Source: an uncultured Candidatus Saccharibacteria bacterium
Lineage (GTDB): Bacteria; Patescibacteriota; Minisyncoccia; Phycocordibacterales; EsbW-18
Direction of reading: 5' to 3'
Length of the DNA stretch: 64,000 bases
NCBI GenBank assembly: GCA_964478705.1
Contig: CAYZIR010000003.1
Location: 17,223 to 81,222 of the forward strand
Part shown: positions 27,354-36,900 of the stretch, piece by piece
Layout of the letters: every line of letters starts with the position of its first letter
Position numbering within the stretch: position 1 is the stretch's first letter
Position numbers and translations under genes: made by a program
The notes under the pieces: model-generated
What the model was told of the DNA's origin: nothing
What the model saw: the letters and a program-made list of their open reading frames with translations, nothing else
The model's database searches: none

Positions 27354-28223
27354 ATGGATGCACAGCCCCCTATACGCACACTCTCAAAAAATGAATTTCC
27401 GCCTCTCCTACGCGAAATTCATGATCCACCGAAGCGTCTTTTTATACGCGGAAGTGATATCAATCAGTCATACATCTACCTCGCGGTTGTTGGCTCTCGG
27501 CGCTACTCTCACTATGGAAAAGACGTGTGCGAAAAACTCATCCACGGGCTTGCTGGGTATCCGATTTGTATTGTGTCAGGACTTGCCCTTGGTATTGATG
27601 CTGTTGCACATGAAAGTGCAATTCGTGCGGGACTCCCCACGATTGCGCTCCCTGGCTCAGGGATCGATGGACGCGTGCTCTACCCTCGTGCACACACTGG
27701 ACTCGCACGAACAATACTCTCTCATGGAGGTGCGCTTCTCTCGGAATATGAACCGATGCATGAAGCTGCGCCGTGGTGCTTTCCTGCCCGCAACCGAATC
27801 ATGGCCGGCATGTCTCACGCCGTGCTCGTTATTGAAGCACGAGAGCGTTCTGGGACACTCATAACCGCTCGCCTTGCGATGGAATGTGGGCGTGACGTGT
27901 TGGTTGTTCCTGCACCAATTTTTTCTCTCCACGGCATCGGAAGCAATCAATTGCTCCGAGAAGGTGCGCAGGTTGTTACATCATCAAAGGATATACTCCA
28001 AGCACTTGGTATTACACCTGACGAAACGACGGGCGCACCACTTCAGACCAACCTTTCCGACGACGAACGGATGTTGATAAAACTCCTTGAAGAGCCACAA
28101 CCGCTCGATGAACTTGTTAGACGCTCCGAGCTCCCTGTTTTTCGAACACAAACACTCATTTCAGCGCTCGAGATAAAGGGATATGTCGTGGAGAGACTCG
28201 GCATGATTGAGCGCGTACAATAA
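27354..28223 (+). CDS. dprA: DNA processing protein DprA (Smf)
   Basis: Rossmann-like DprA core …VVGSRRYS…GLALGID…ARERSGTLITA… ORF-track start 27309; the ATG at 27354 avoids overlapping the serS start. Confidence 0.85.
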   Translation: MDAQPPIRTLSKNEFPPLLREIHDPPKRLFIRGSDINQSYIYLAVVGSRRYSHYGKDVCEKLIHGLAGYPICIVSGLALGIDAVAHESAIRAGLPTIALPGSGIDGRVLYPRAHTGLARTILSHGGALLSEYEPMHEAAPWCFPARNRIMAGMSHAVLVIEARERSGTLITARLAMECGRDVLVVPAPIFSLHGIGSNQLLREGAQVVTSSKDILQALGITPDETTGAPLQTNLSDDERMLIKLLEEPQPLDELVRRSELPVFRTQTLISALEIKGYVVERLGMIERVQ

Positions 28224-28268
28224 AAAAATATTTGCAAAAGAAAACTATGTGTAGTATCTAGTTGCACT

Positions 28269-30497
28269 ATGAAGACACTTGTTATCGTCGAATCGCCAGC
28301 AAAAGCAAAGACGATAGAAAAATATCTTGGAGAGGGATACACCGTGAAAGCGAGTGTTGGTCACGTGCGTGACCTCCCAAAGAGCAACAAGAACGCTATC
28401 GACATCGAAGCGGGCTTTGTGCCGAACTACCAAATTGTCCCTGAAAAGAAGGAGATCATTAGCGATCTCAAAAGCGCTGTGGCAAAAGCGGACGAAGTAA
28501 TTCTTGCAACTGACCCCGACCGTGAAGGCGAGGCAATTGCATGGCATCTGGTAGAAGCCCTCGGACTCGCGAATGGAAAAAAGAAATCAAATAAAAAATT
28601 CTCTCGTATTACCTTCCATGAAATCACGCAGGAAGCAATTCTTGAAGCGATGAAACATCCGCGCGCGATTGATGAGCACTTGCGGGAAGCACAGGAAGCG
28701 CGACGCGTGCTCGACCGTCTCGTCGGCTACGATCTCTCCGGTCTTATTTGGAAAAAGGTTCGCTACGGGCTCTCCGCTGGTCGCGTACAGTCCCCTGCGC
28801 TTCGCATTTTGATGGAGCGTGAACGTGAAATACGCGCATTCATTCCCGAAACCTACTGGACACTCACCGCAACACTTACAACAAAAAAAGGAGAAACAAT
28901 TGTACTGTCAGCACAGGAAGAACCGCGCGACCGAACGCGCGTTGATGAAATCCTCTCAGCGGGACGTACTGGCACGTGGTCTGTTGATGACGTAAAAGAA
29001 ACAGAAGTTGCACGAAATGCACGCGCACCATTCACCACGTCAACATTGCAACAGTCAGCAAGCACACGACTCGGGTTTTCCCCGTCACGAACGATGCGCG
29101 CCGCGCAAAAACTCTACGAGGTGGGAAAGATTACCTACATGCGAACTGACAGCACTAACCTTTCAGCGGGAGCACGTACTGAAATACTCTCCGTGGTGGC
29201 AGAAAAATTCGGCGCAGACTACGCGGAAGCCCACACATTCGCAAGCAAGAGTAAAAACGCACAAGAAGCACACGAAGCAATTCGTCCAACACACGCAAAA
29301 ACACTTACTGCAGGAGCAACCGACGACGAAAAGCGTCTCTATGAGCTGATTTGGAGTCGTACCGTCGCAAGCCAAATGGCAAGTGCTCGTTTGATGCAAA
29401 CAAAGATCATTGCGACAACGACGGATGCACGCGTACCTGAGTTTAGTGTCACCGGAAGCCGTGTGATGTTCCCCGGATGGCTCTCCGCGGATCCATCTGC
29501 GCGTGGTGAAGACGTGGAACTTCCGAAGGTCGCGCCGAAAGAGTCACTCACACTCAAAGAACTCACTGAGCTCGAAAAACAAACTCAACCACCTTCACGA
29601 TACTCTGAGGCAGGTCTCATTAAAGAGCTTGAAAAGCGTGGTATCGGACGACCGTCAACGTATGCAGCGATTATCCGCACGCTCGAAGAACGCGGATATG
29701 TTCTCAAGGAAAATCGCACACTGACTCCCACAGACACTGGCGATGTGGTTTCTACATTCATCGAAACACATTTCGCGGACTACATCAGCGATTCGTTCAC
29801 GTCGGAGATGGAAGACGAACTCGATGAAATCGCACGTGGTGAGCGCGAGTACACAAAAACGTTAAAAGATTTTTATACACCATTCACCAAAGAGGTCGCA
29901 AAGCGCGGAAAAGAAGCTGGTAAAATTACAGACCTCGGCGCTGCTCCAAAAGAATTTCCTTGTCCAAAATGTAAAAGTCCGATGGTCATCAAGCTCGGCA
30001 AGAACGGCAAGTTCATGAGTTGCGACAAATTTCCTGAGTGTGACGGTGCGCGCACTATCGATGGTCTCGAGATGAAAGCACCTGAAGCGATTGGTAATGA
30101 CCCAGCATCAGGTGAACCGATTTTCGTTTTGACTGGCCCGTACGGCCCGTACGTTCAGATGGGTATCGCGGTAAAAAAAGAAAAAGGATCGAAGACGAAG
30201 GTCAAAGCGCCGAAGCCACGACGCGCAAGCATCCCGAAAGACAAAATCCCTGAAGATGTGACGCTTGAGGAAGCACTCAAGTATCTTTCGCTCCCGCGCG
30301 AACTCGGCATGCATCCTGAAAGTGGTAAAGCAGTTGTTGCAAACATCGGACGCTTCGGTCCGTACATCGGCCACGACGGTGATTTTCGATCGCTCAAAAC
30401 CGACGATCCATACACCATCACCTTCGAACGTGCACTCGAGATTTTGAAAGAACCCAAAAAAGTCGGTCGTGGCCGTTTCGCGAAGAAAAAGAAGTAA
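28269..30497 (+). CDS. topA: DNA topoisomerase I
   Basis: TOPRIM LVIVESPAKAKTI…ATDPDREGEAIA, catalytic Tyr region, C-terminal zinc ribbons (CPKCKSP…C..C); 742 aa. Conserved dprA–topA synteny. Confidence 0.95.
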   Translation: MKTLVIVESPAKAKTIEKYLGEGYTVKASVGHVRDLPKSNKNAIDIEAGFVPNYQIVPEKKEIISDLKSAVAKADEVILATDPDREGEAIAWHLVEALGLANGKKKSNKKFSRITFHEITQEAILEAMKHPRAIDEHLREAQEARRVLDRLVGYDLSGLIWKKVRYGLSAGRVQSPALRILMEREREIRAFIPETYWTLTATLTTKKGETIVLSAQEEPRDRTRVDEILSAGRTGTWSVDDVKETEVARNARAPFTTSTLQQSASTRLGFSPSRTMRAAQKLYEVGKITYMRTDSTNLSAGARTEILSVVAEKFGADYAEAHTFASKSKNAQEAHEAIRPTHAKTLTAGATDDEKRLYELIWSRTVASQMASARLMQTKIIATTTDARVPEFSVTGSRVMFPGWLSADPSARGEDVELPKVAPKESLTLKELTELEKQTQPPSRYSEAGLIKELEKRGIGRPSTYAAIIRTLEERGYVLKENRTLTPTDTGDVVSTFIETHFADYISDSFTSEMEDELDEIARGEREYTKTLKDFYTPFTKEVAKRGKEAGKITDLGAAPKEFPCPKCKSPMVIKLGKNGKFMSCDKFPECDGARTIDGLEMKAPEAIGNDPASGEPIFVLTGPYGPYVQMGIAVKKEKGSKTKVKAPKPRRASIPKDKIPEDVTLEEALKYLSLPRELGMHPESGKAVVANIGRFGPYIGHDGDFRSLKTDDPYTITFERALEILKEPKKVGRGRFAKKKK

Positions 30498-30534
30498 TCA
30501 CGGTTTCGCCTGATTTATACAGACACAAAAATAT

Positions 30535-32034
30535 GTGGTATTATTCGACATGGAACCTGACGTACAAGAACTCCTCGAAAACCTTGTTGTCACCTCATCC
30601 CAAGAGCGCGAGCTGATTACTCGCGCATACACGTACGCACAAAACGCCCACAAAGGACACCAAAGGGAGTCCGGTCTTCCGTATTTCACGCACCTCGTTG
30701 AAACGGCAAAAAATCTTGCCCGTCTCGGTGCAGATGCACAAACAATCGCCGCAGGACTCCTCCACGACACCATCGAGGATACCGATGTCACGGCAGACGA
30801 TATCCGTCGCGAATTCGGCGACGATGTGCTCTTCCTTGTTGAAGGAGTGACGAAACTTGGGAAGCTCAAATACCGTGGTCTTAAACGACACGTCGAAACA
30901 CTACGCAAACTCTTTGTCGCAACAGCTGAAGATGTTCGCGTGATTCTCATAAAACTCGCTGATCGGCTTCACAACCTCCGCTCTATCAAAGCGCTATCGC
31001 CCGATCGACAGAAGCGCATCGCACAAGAGACGCTTGAAATATACGCCCCAATCGCACATCGTCTTGGTATTGGCCAGTTGAAAGGAGAACTCGAAGATTT
31101 GTCATTTGAAATACTACATCCTCGTGAATACAAAGAAACCCTTCGTATCCGCAATGAGAAGCATGCGCAAACACTCAGTGACCTTGGACATGTGACCGAG
31201 GAGATACGCGCCATGCTCACAAAAGCTGATATCGACGTCATCTCAATCGATCACCGCATCAAACATTTATACAGCCTTCATAAAAAATTGCGTGATAGAG
31301 ATATGAATATCGATGAGGTGTATGACGTCGCTGCACTTCGTGTCATCGTACCAACACTCGAAGACTGCTACCTCACGCTTGGACTCATTCACAGCGTATG
31401 GAAACCCCTCCCTGGACGCATCAAAGACTACATCGCCATGCCAAAGGGCAACGGATATCAGAGTCTTCACACCACGATATTTACGGGCACGGGGACAATC
31501 ATAGAAATACAGGTTCGTACAAAAGAAATGCATGCAATCGCTGAGCTCGGTGTTGCATCGCATGTTTCATACAAAGAGAAAAAGAGTACCTCGGTCGAAG
31601 AGATACAAGGTCTCCGCACGCTGATTGATTTACCTACGTCACACGGGTGGCTTCAGGAACTTGCACGCGAACAAAAAGAGACAAAACACACAACATCCTT
31701 CATGCAAGGACTCAAACGCGACTTCTTCAAGGAACGCATTATTGTGTTTACTCCACGCGGAGAAGTTGTCGATCTCCCAGAGCACGCAACCCCTATCGAT
31801 TTTGCGTATGCAATTCACACCGATCTTGGCAATCATGCTTCAGGAGCACGGGTGAATGGAACGTTTGTCGCACTTTCAACGAAGCTCAAACACGGCGACA
31901 TCGTGTTAATTGAAACAAAAGAAAGTGCACGACCATCATCAAAGTGGCTTCGCTGGGTGAAGACGGCAAATGCCCGGAGAAAAATCCGTACGATGCTTGG
32001 ATTAACGGACGATACTACTGTTAAACCAGAATAG
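30535..32034 (+). CDS. RelA/SpoT-homologue (p)ppGpp synthetase/hydrolase (HD + synthetase + TGS, no ACT)
   Basis: HD motif HLVETAKNLA…LLHDTIEDT, synthetase block RVIVPTLEDCY…YQSLHTTIF, TGS …IVFTPRGEVVDLP…; 499 aa. Confidence 0.88.
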   Translation: MVLFDMEPDVQELLENLVVTSSQERELITRAYTYAQNAHKGHQRESGLPYFTHLVETAKNLARLGADAQTIAAGLLHDTIEDTDVTADDIRREFGDDVLFLVEGVTKLGKLKYRGLKRHVETLRKLFVATAEDVRVILIKLADRLHNLRSIKALSPDRQKRIAQETLEIYAPIAHRLGIGQLKGELEDLSFEILHPREYKETLRIRNEKHAQTLSDLGHVTEEIRAMLTKADIDVISIDHRIKHLYSLHKKLRDRDMNIDEVYDVAALRVIVPTLEDCYLTLGLIHSVWKPLPGRIKDYIAMPKGNGYQSLHTTIFTGTGTIIEIQVRTKEMHAIAELGVASHVSYKEKKSTSVEEIQGLRTLIDLPTSHGWLQELAREQKETKHTTSFMQGLKRDFFKERIIVFTPRGEVVDLPEHATPIDFAYAIHTDLGNHASGARVNGTFVALSTKLKHGDIVLIETKESARPSSKWLRWVKTANARRKIRTMLGLTDDTTVKPE

Positions 32035-32079
32035 ATAAAAGCCCCACTCCGAAAGAAGTGGGGCTTACTGTTAGAGGTA

Positions 32080-32694
32080 CTAAGTCTGATTGAACACCCA
32101 GCAACTATCTGCTGGCCACTGACGGTTCTCAGAGCTATAAGAAATACTGAGCCATCGGTCGTCAGAGTCTCGTTCGACTCGAAAGATTTCTCTTCCACCG
32201 CTGGCAATAAGGAGAGACTCCCCCTTTTTCTGCTCGGCGTAGTCCAAACGAAGTGTAAGAGCAACTCTGTCTTCAACACCAACTAAACCGAGTCGCCATG
32301 CCCCGTGATAAATGTCACGCAGTACGGCGCCGTGAGAAAATCCAAGTTGTGCAAGCGTTACCGCAACAAGATCAAAATGAGTCTCACGCTGGTCGAACCA
32401 TTGTGCCCTTTTCTGCTCAACAAAGTGTTTAGCACGAAGACTAGTCCTATACCCTGAGCGTTCGACTTCCGCAAGAAGGCGAGTCAGACTTCCATCCCCC
32501 TCCGCAAGAGTGACCTTTCTCAAGATTGGGAACATCACTCTCCTTGGAAAACGCCCCTCTATGGCATCTTGAAGATGGAGTTTCAGAGCTTCCAGACTAT
32601 AGGGATAGCCCCTTGCCTGACGAAGCTGACGCTCGATCTCAAACAACTGCCCAAACAATCTTTCCTTGAGCTCGCCTGCGACCATGGTGGCCAT
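32080..32694 (-). CDS. Hypothetical protein (GC-richer gene)
   Basis: ORF-track 32080..32808. The Met at 32694 (MATMVAGELK…) avoids a 35-nt overlap with the parB end. No motif recognised. Confidence 0.45.
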   Translation of the reverse strand: MATMVAGELKERLFGQLFEIERQLRQARGYPYSLEALKLHLQDAIEGRFPRRVMFPILRKVTLAEGDGSLTRLLAEVERSGYRTSLRAKHFVEQKRAQWFDQRETHFDLVAVTLAQLGFSHGAVLRDIYHGAWRLGLVGVEDRVALTLRLDYAEQKKGESLLIASGGREIFRVERDSDDRWLSISYSSENRQWPADSCWVFNQT

Positions 32695-32773
32695 GACGAC
32701 CTTTCTCTTTTTTTGCGGCCGAAATTGACCGCTCCTGAATTGGACTATACATTTAAAAACAGTGGGAGTCAAA

Positions 32774-33736
32774 CTACACGCTAAAATTCGAAACCGCGTA
32801 GAGGTCATCGTCGGAGTCTTTCGTCGTTGGAGTGTGTGATTGCTCCGCTATATTTATCGGAGGTGTATCCGGCGTAGGTGGTGGAGGGGTCTCAACAGCC
32901 TGTGCTGGCGTTTCTTTTGCGTTCAAGAGTAGGAGAATTTTTTTGATGTCGTCCGGTGAAAAATAGTCAATCATGATGCGACCACCAAGACCGGTTGGTT
33001 CGACACGAACGCGTGTGCCAAGCGCCTCCGACACTTCATTTTCGAGTGCGACAATATCAGGATCGTACATCCTGTCTTTCTTGCGAACTTTTTCGACAGC
33101 AATACGTCGCGAAATTTGCTCGGCATCGCGCACGGTGATTTTCTTCAAGAGAATCTCTTTGAAGAGTGTCATCTGCTCTTCGGGTCTGTTCGCGAGCATC
33201 AACAGTGGGCGAGTGTGACCTTCGGTGATTTTTCCTTCACCGAGCGCTTGGAGTATCTCAGGTGAAAGAAGGAGAAGACGAATGGTGTTTGAAACATATT
33301 CACGACTCTTCCCCACTTTCGAGGCGATTTGACCGTGCGACAACTTAAATGTGTCGGCGAGCTGTTTGAACGCGTGGGCGCGCTCAACAGGACTAATGTC
33401 TTCGCGCTGGAGGTTTTCGATAATCGCAAGCTCCAACTTTACTTGCTCATTTTGTTCATCATCGCGAATAATGACCGGAACCTGTGAGAGACCTGCCATC
33501 TTTGATGCACGCAGACGTCGCTCTCCTGCAATTAACTCGTACTGTACAGAGAGACCGCCGGTGTCTTTCATGCTCTCGCGTTGTGTAACCACGAGCGGTT
33601 GCAAGACACCGTACTGTCGGATTGAGTCGGAGAGGTCTTTCAATTTTTGCTCGTCGAAAAAGCGCCGTGGCTGGTACGGGTTTGGAACAATTTTTTCGAC
33701 TTCAACCCAAAAAATAGAATCTCCCTGAATTGCCAT
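32774..33736 (-). CDS. parB: Chromosome partitioning protein ParB (Spo0J)
   Basis: ParB box …VPNPYQPRRFFDE…LSDSIRQYGVLQPLVV… and HTH; 320 aa with Pro/Thr-rich C-tail. No adjacent parA. Confidence 0.88.
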   Translation of the reverse strand: MAIQGDSIFWVEVEKIVPNPYQPRRFFDEQKLKDLSDSIRQYGVLQPLVVTQRESMKDTGGLSVQYELIAGERRLRASKMAGLSQVPVIIRDDEQNEQVKLELAIIENLQREDISPVERAHAFKQLADTFKLSHGQIASKVGKSREYVSNTIRLLLLSPEILQALGEGKITEGHTRPLLMLANRPEEQMTLFKEILLKKITVRDAEQISRRIAVEKVRKKDRMYDPDIVALENEVSEALGTRVRVEPTGLGGRIMIDYFSPDDIKKILLLLNAKETPAQAVETPPPPTPDTPPINIAEQSHTPTTKDSDDDLYAVSNFSV

Positions 33737-33836
33737 ACGAAATTAACTTAGATGAAACTATTGTAACAGAGAGATAAGTATAAAAATACATTTATTGTTA
33801 CTTTGAGTCATCCTTGATATAGTGTTTTCAAAGACG

Positions 33837-33919
33837 CGCCGAGGTGGTGGAATAGCAGACACGCAGGACTCAAAATCCTGTGCTCGCAAGAGCGTGAGGG
33901 TGCAAGTCCCTCTCTCGGC
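33837..33919 (+). tRNA. tRNA-Leu (anticodon CAA), type II with long variable arm
   Basis: GCCGAGGTGGTGGAATAGCAGACACGCAGGACTCAAAATCCTGTGCTCGCAAGAGCGTGAGGGTGCAAGTCCCTCTCTCGGCA. Close match to canonical tRNA-Leu architecture. Confidence 0.88.
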
Positions 33920-33923
33920 ACAC

Positions 33924-34604
33924 ATGAAAAAACGGCTTCCTGATAAAGATTTTATATGGACGCCGTCTTTGGCATATGCAGTCGGACTCATTGTCACTGA
34001 CGGCAATCTTTCTTCGGACGGACGCCACATCATTATGCGTTCCAGTGAGAAACAACTCTTGGAAACGTACAAACATTGCTTACAACTTAGAAATATAAAG
34101 GTTGGCACATCCCGTTCAAGTGGTCACACCACTAAACTCTCGTATCGCGTGCAACATGGTGACGTGCGTTTGTATCGATGGTTGGAAAAAATAGGCATTA
34201 CCGCCCACAAAACACACACGATAGGAGCCATAGCAATCCCTGATGCAATGTTTTTGGATTTTCTTCGCGGCCATCTTGATGGTGATGGTTCAATCACAAC
34301 GTATACCGATCGTTGGAATACATTCAAAAACCCTAACTATGTGTATGAACGCTTGTGGCTCCGATTTCTTTCGGCAAGCGAAACGCATATGATATGGCTT
34401 CAAAAAAGAATAGAGAAAATTATGGGTGTAAAAGGACATCTTAATAAACGTACTCCCCGTGACTCAAGACATGTTCCGATGTACTCGCTGAAGTTTGGCA
34501 AAAAGGATTCACTTGTTCTCCTAAAGCACCTATATCCACATAAACGTGTTCCGTGTTTGAAGCGAAAGAGAAAAATTGCTGAACCATTTTTATCTCGAAT
34601 ATAA
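33924..34604 (+). CDS. LAGLIDADG homing endonuclease (two-motif, single-chain)
   Basis: Motif 1 LAYAVGLIVTDGNL and motif 2 FLDFLRGHLDGDGSI. ORF-track 33822..34604 starts inside the tRNA; the first ATG is 3 nt after the tRNA 3' end. Coordinates ±1 because of a read-register discrepancy here. Confidence 0.8.
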   Translation: MKKRLPDKDFIWTPSLAYAVGLIVTDGNLSSDGRHIIMRSSEKQLLETYKHCLQLRNIKVGTSRSSGHTTKLSYRVQHGDVRLYRWLEKIGITAHKTHTIGAIAIPDAMFLDFLRGHLDGDGSITTYTDRWNTFKNPNYVYERLWLRFLSASETHMIWLQKRIEKIMGVKGHLNKRTPRDSRHVPMYSLKFGKKDSLVLLKHLYPHKRVPCLKRKRKIAEPFLSRI

Positions 34605-34711
34605 AAACATCGCCATTGCTCTAACGGTAACGCCATAGGAAACCTCTGTGACTTTTTTGCACATCTGCTGTAGGATGCCTAAGGACAAACAACAACCGGA
34701 GAAATGTCTCT

Positions 34712-35308
34712 ATGGATATCATCCTTTCATCGCGAAATCCGAGCAAGGCGGAACAAATCAGAGCAGTCTTTGCAGATTCGGCGTTTAGGGTCATTTCGCT
34801 CTCTGAAGCAGGAATAGACGGAGAGGCAATCGAGGATGGTACGACGCTCGAACAAAACGCGTTCAAGAAGGCGCATTTTGCGTGGGAGCGAAGTAAGTCC
34901 TTGGTGATGGCTGACGACACTGGCTTTTTCATCACCGCTCTCGACGGCATTCCTGGAGTCAACGCCGCACGATGGGCAGGAGAAGAAGCGACCACGGAAG
35001 AGATAACGAGGCACACCCTCACACAACTCGAGGGTCACTCCAACCGGTCTGCATTCTTCGAAACGGTCGTGGTGGTCATCACCCCTGAGGGCGAGAAATA
35101 TTTCTTTAGTGGCAGGGTCTCTGGCCACATCCTCGAAGCGCCACGCACGAAAGCCCAGCCGAAGATGCCGTACAGTCCGATCTTCGTTCCTGAGGGGCAT
35201 GATCGCGTGTGGGCAGAAATGACTGTGGAAGAAGAGAATGCAATTTCTCACCGAGGGAAAGCGTTCCGAACGACTCGCAGATTTCTCGAATGGTTGTATC
35301 GTTCCTAG
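34712..35308 (+). CDS. rdgB: Non-canonical purine NTP pyrophosphatase (RdgB/HAM1/ITPase)
   Basis: …IILSSRNPSK…, …DDTGF… and …SHRGKA… HAM1-family motifs. Confidence 0.85.
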   Translation: MDIILSSRNPSKAEQIRAVFADSAFRVISLSEAGIDGEAIEDGTTLEQNAFKKAHFAWERSKSLVMADDTGFFITALDGIPGVNAARWAGEEATTEEITRHTLTQLEGHSNRSAFFETVVVVITPEGEKYFFSGRVSGHILEAPRTKAQPKMPYSPIFVPEGHDRVWAEMTVEEENAISHRGKAFRTTRRFLEWLYRS

Positions 35309-35385
35309 TTTTCACTTTTGTGCTGTCGCATTGTCCTGCGACAGCACTTGTTTTTTATACGCACTGCATAGCATTATGAATACCT

Positions 35386-36153
35386 ATGGTGTTTCCTCTA
35401 TCCGCCCTCTTACCGTATCTCGGAGCCAGCATTCTCGGAGTGTTCAACATGATCCTCTGGGGTCTGTATGGAGATCTCCTTGTTGAGAAATTCGGATTAA
35501 AGAAGGTATTCCGTTCTATTGTCTTTGCCTTGGTTGCAAGCATTTTTCTCTATGTTCTTGACCAAAACATTCCGCTTTTTCTTGTTGCTTTAGCATCGAT
35601 AGCGCTTGAACGACTCCTCACAGAATTCTACAAAGCGCTGTGGCGAAGCGAGGGTCAGGAGAAGTATGCGATTCCCTCTGATCTTAATATCACGCTTTCC
35701 CTTCCCCTTCGGCGCCTTCTTTTTGTTGCCCTTGTGATTCTTGTAGCACTTTTGATTCTCAACGTGCCTCTTCCTACATCAGGACTTCTTTTGGGAATTG
35801 TTGCTGGGTGTATAACTGCAATCGGTGGAACCCTGAAAGATGCTCCTCACGAAGGATTTCGCTTAATAAAGTTTTTTAGAAGTCCTGTGATTGCGGTTGT
35901 AATCGGTCTGCTCCTCGCTTCCTTTTTCCCTCAGAGCAACGGAATGATGTTACTTCTTGCCATATTCGGCGGCGAGCGAATCGTTTCTGAATTCTATAAA
36001 AAGATATTGATGGGAAGAGTTCCAGGGAAATTTAAAGAAACACTTCCTAAAAATCAATTCTGGTCGCAACATAGAAAGTGGCTTTTGTTTGTGTACGTTG
36101 CGAACATCGTGTTACTCGTCGTACTCCTATTCATTGACATCTCTTTGAAATAA
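35386..36153 (+). CDS. Hypothetical integral membrane protein
   Basis: Six or more TM helices; no motif recognised. Confidence 0.55.
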   Translation: MVFPLSALLPYLGASILGVFNMILWGLYGDLLVEKFGLKKVFRSIVFALVASIFLYVLDQNIPLFLVALASIALERLLTEFYKALWRSEGQEKYAIPSDLNITLSLPLRRLLFVALVILVALLILNVPLPTSGLLLGIVAGCITAIGGTLKDAPHEGFRLIKFFRSPVIAVVIGLLLASFFPQSNGMMLLLAIFGGERIVSEFYKKILMGRVPGKFKETLPKNQFWSQHRKWLLFVYVANIVLLVVLLFIDISLK

Positions 36154-36194
36154 TTTTAATATCACATCAGATATACATTCGAAAGGGAGACTTT

Positions 36195-36551
36195 GTGTCC
36201 AATCCTCAGCGAAGTTGGCTTCAACTCGAGCTTGATAAGCCTTGGGGCAAGAGGCTTGATGGGCTTCCCCACAGTAAAGGGCATGGATGCCCCGAATGTG
36301 GTCATGGAGGTATGTTCATCCCGTCTAGTCATCAAAGAACAGGCGACCTTGTTGCCGGATTCACTCCGCATGGTGCACCGAAAGCTGCCTACAGAGATGA
36401 CGGGTCAGCACTCGTTCTTGAGTGCCCGCGTTGCTTTGAGTCGTGGTGGATTCACATCTCCGCAGAGCTTGTCATCAACATTGCACCCCATTGCAAGGAT
36501 TGGCCAGAAAGAAAGCGAGAAATAAGCGTCCACCCCGAGGAGGGTCCATGA
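36195..36551 (+). CDS. Hypothetical zinc-ribbon protein
   Basis: Two CxxC pairs (CPECGHGG …CPRCFESWW). The stop overlaps the next start (ATGA). Confidence 0.5.
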   Translation: MSNPQRSWLQLELDKPWGKRLDGLPHSKGHGCPECGHGGMFIPSSHQRTGDLVAGFTPHGAPKAAYRDDGSALVLECPRCFESWWIHISAELVINIAPHCKDWPERKREISVHPEEGP

Positions 36552-36847
36552 ATACCGCCCCAATACCAGGTCTTCTGTGGTTTGCTCTGATTATTCTCGA
36601 CACCGTCGTCTGGATCATGAAGTTTGTCTTTTTCATCCCCATGGAAATCAAACGGGTGATCAAAGACGAAAGTGCGCCTGCGCGGTGGGTTTCTATCCTC
36701 TCTGCAAGTCTGGGATTCATCGGAGTCGCCGTCACAATTTCGGCCTGGTTCTTTGGATGGTATTGGCCATGCTACGGCATCGCACTCGTCTTCTACCTCC
36801 TTGGTTTTTACATGGTGGTGGAGCGAGACAGATTGAGTAGTGACTGA
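36548..36847 (+). CDS. Small hypothetical membrane protein, translationally coupled to the zinc-ribbon gene
   Basis: MNTAPIPGLLWFALIILDTVVW… three TM. ORF-track 36443..36847 includes an unlikely basic N-extension. Confidence 0.5.
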   Translation: MNTAPIPGLLWFALIILDTVVWIMKFVFFIPMEIKRVIKDESAPARWVSILSASLGFIGVAVTISAWFFGWYWPCYGIALVFYLLGFYMVVERDRLSSD

Positions 36848-36900
36848 AAGAACGCCTGTTCCTCGAACCGACCTCCGATTCACTCGGAGGTCGTCATTGT

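Noticed and set aside
33822-33922. ORF-track start of the LAGLIDADG ORF inside tRNA-Leu
   Set aside because: The open frame through the tRNA is incidental; the first ATG lies just after the tRNA. My reading of the displayed sequence near 33960 is 1 nt out of register with the track (an apparent extra c), which I attribute to my own transcription, so coordinates here are ±1.
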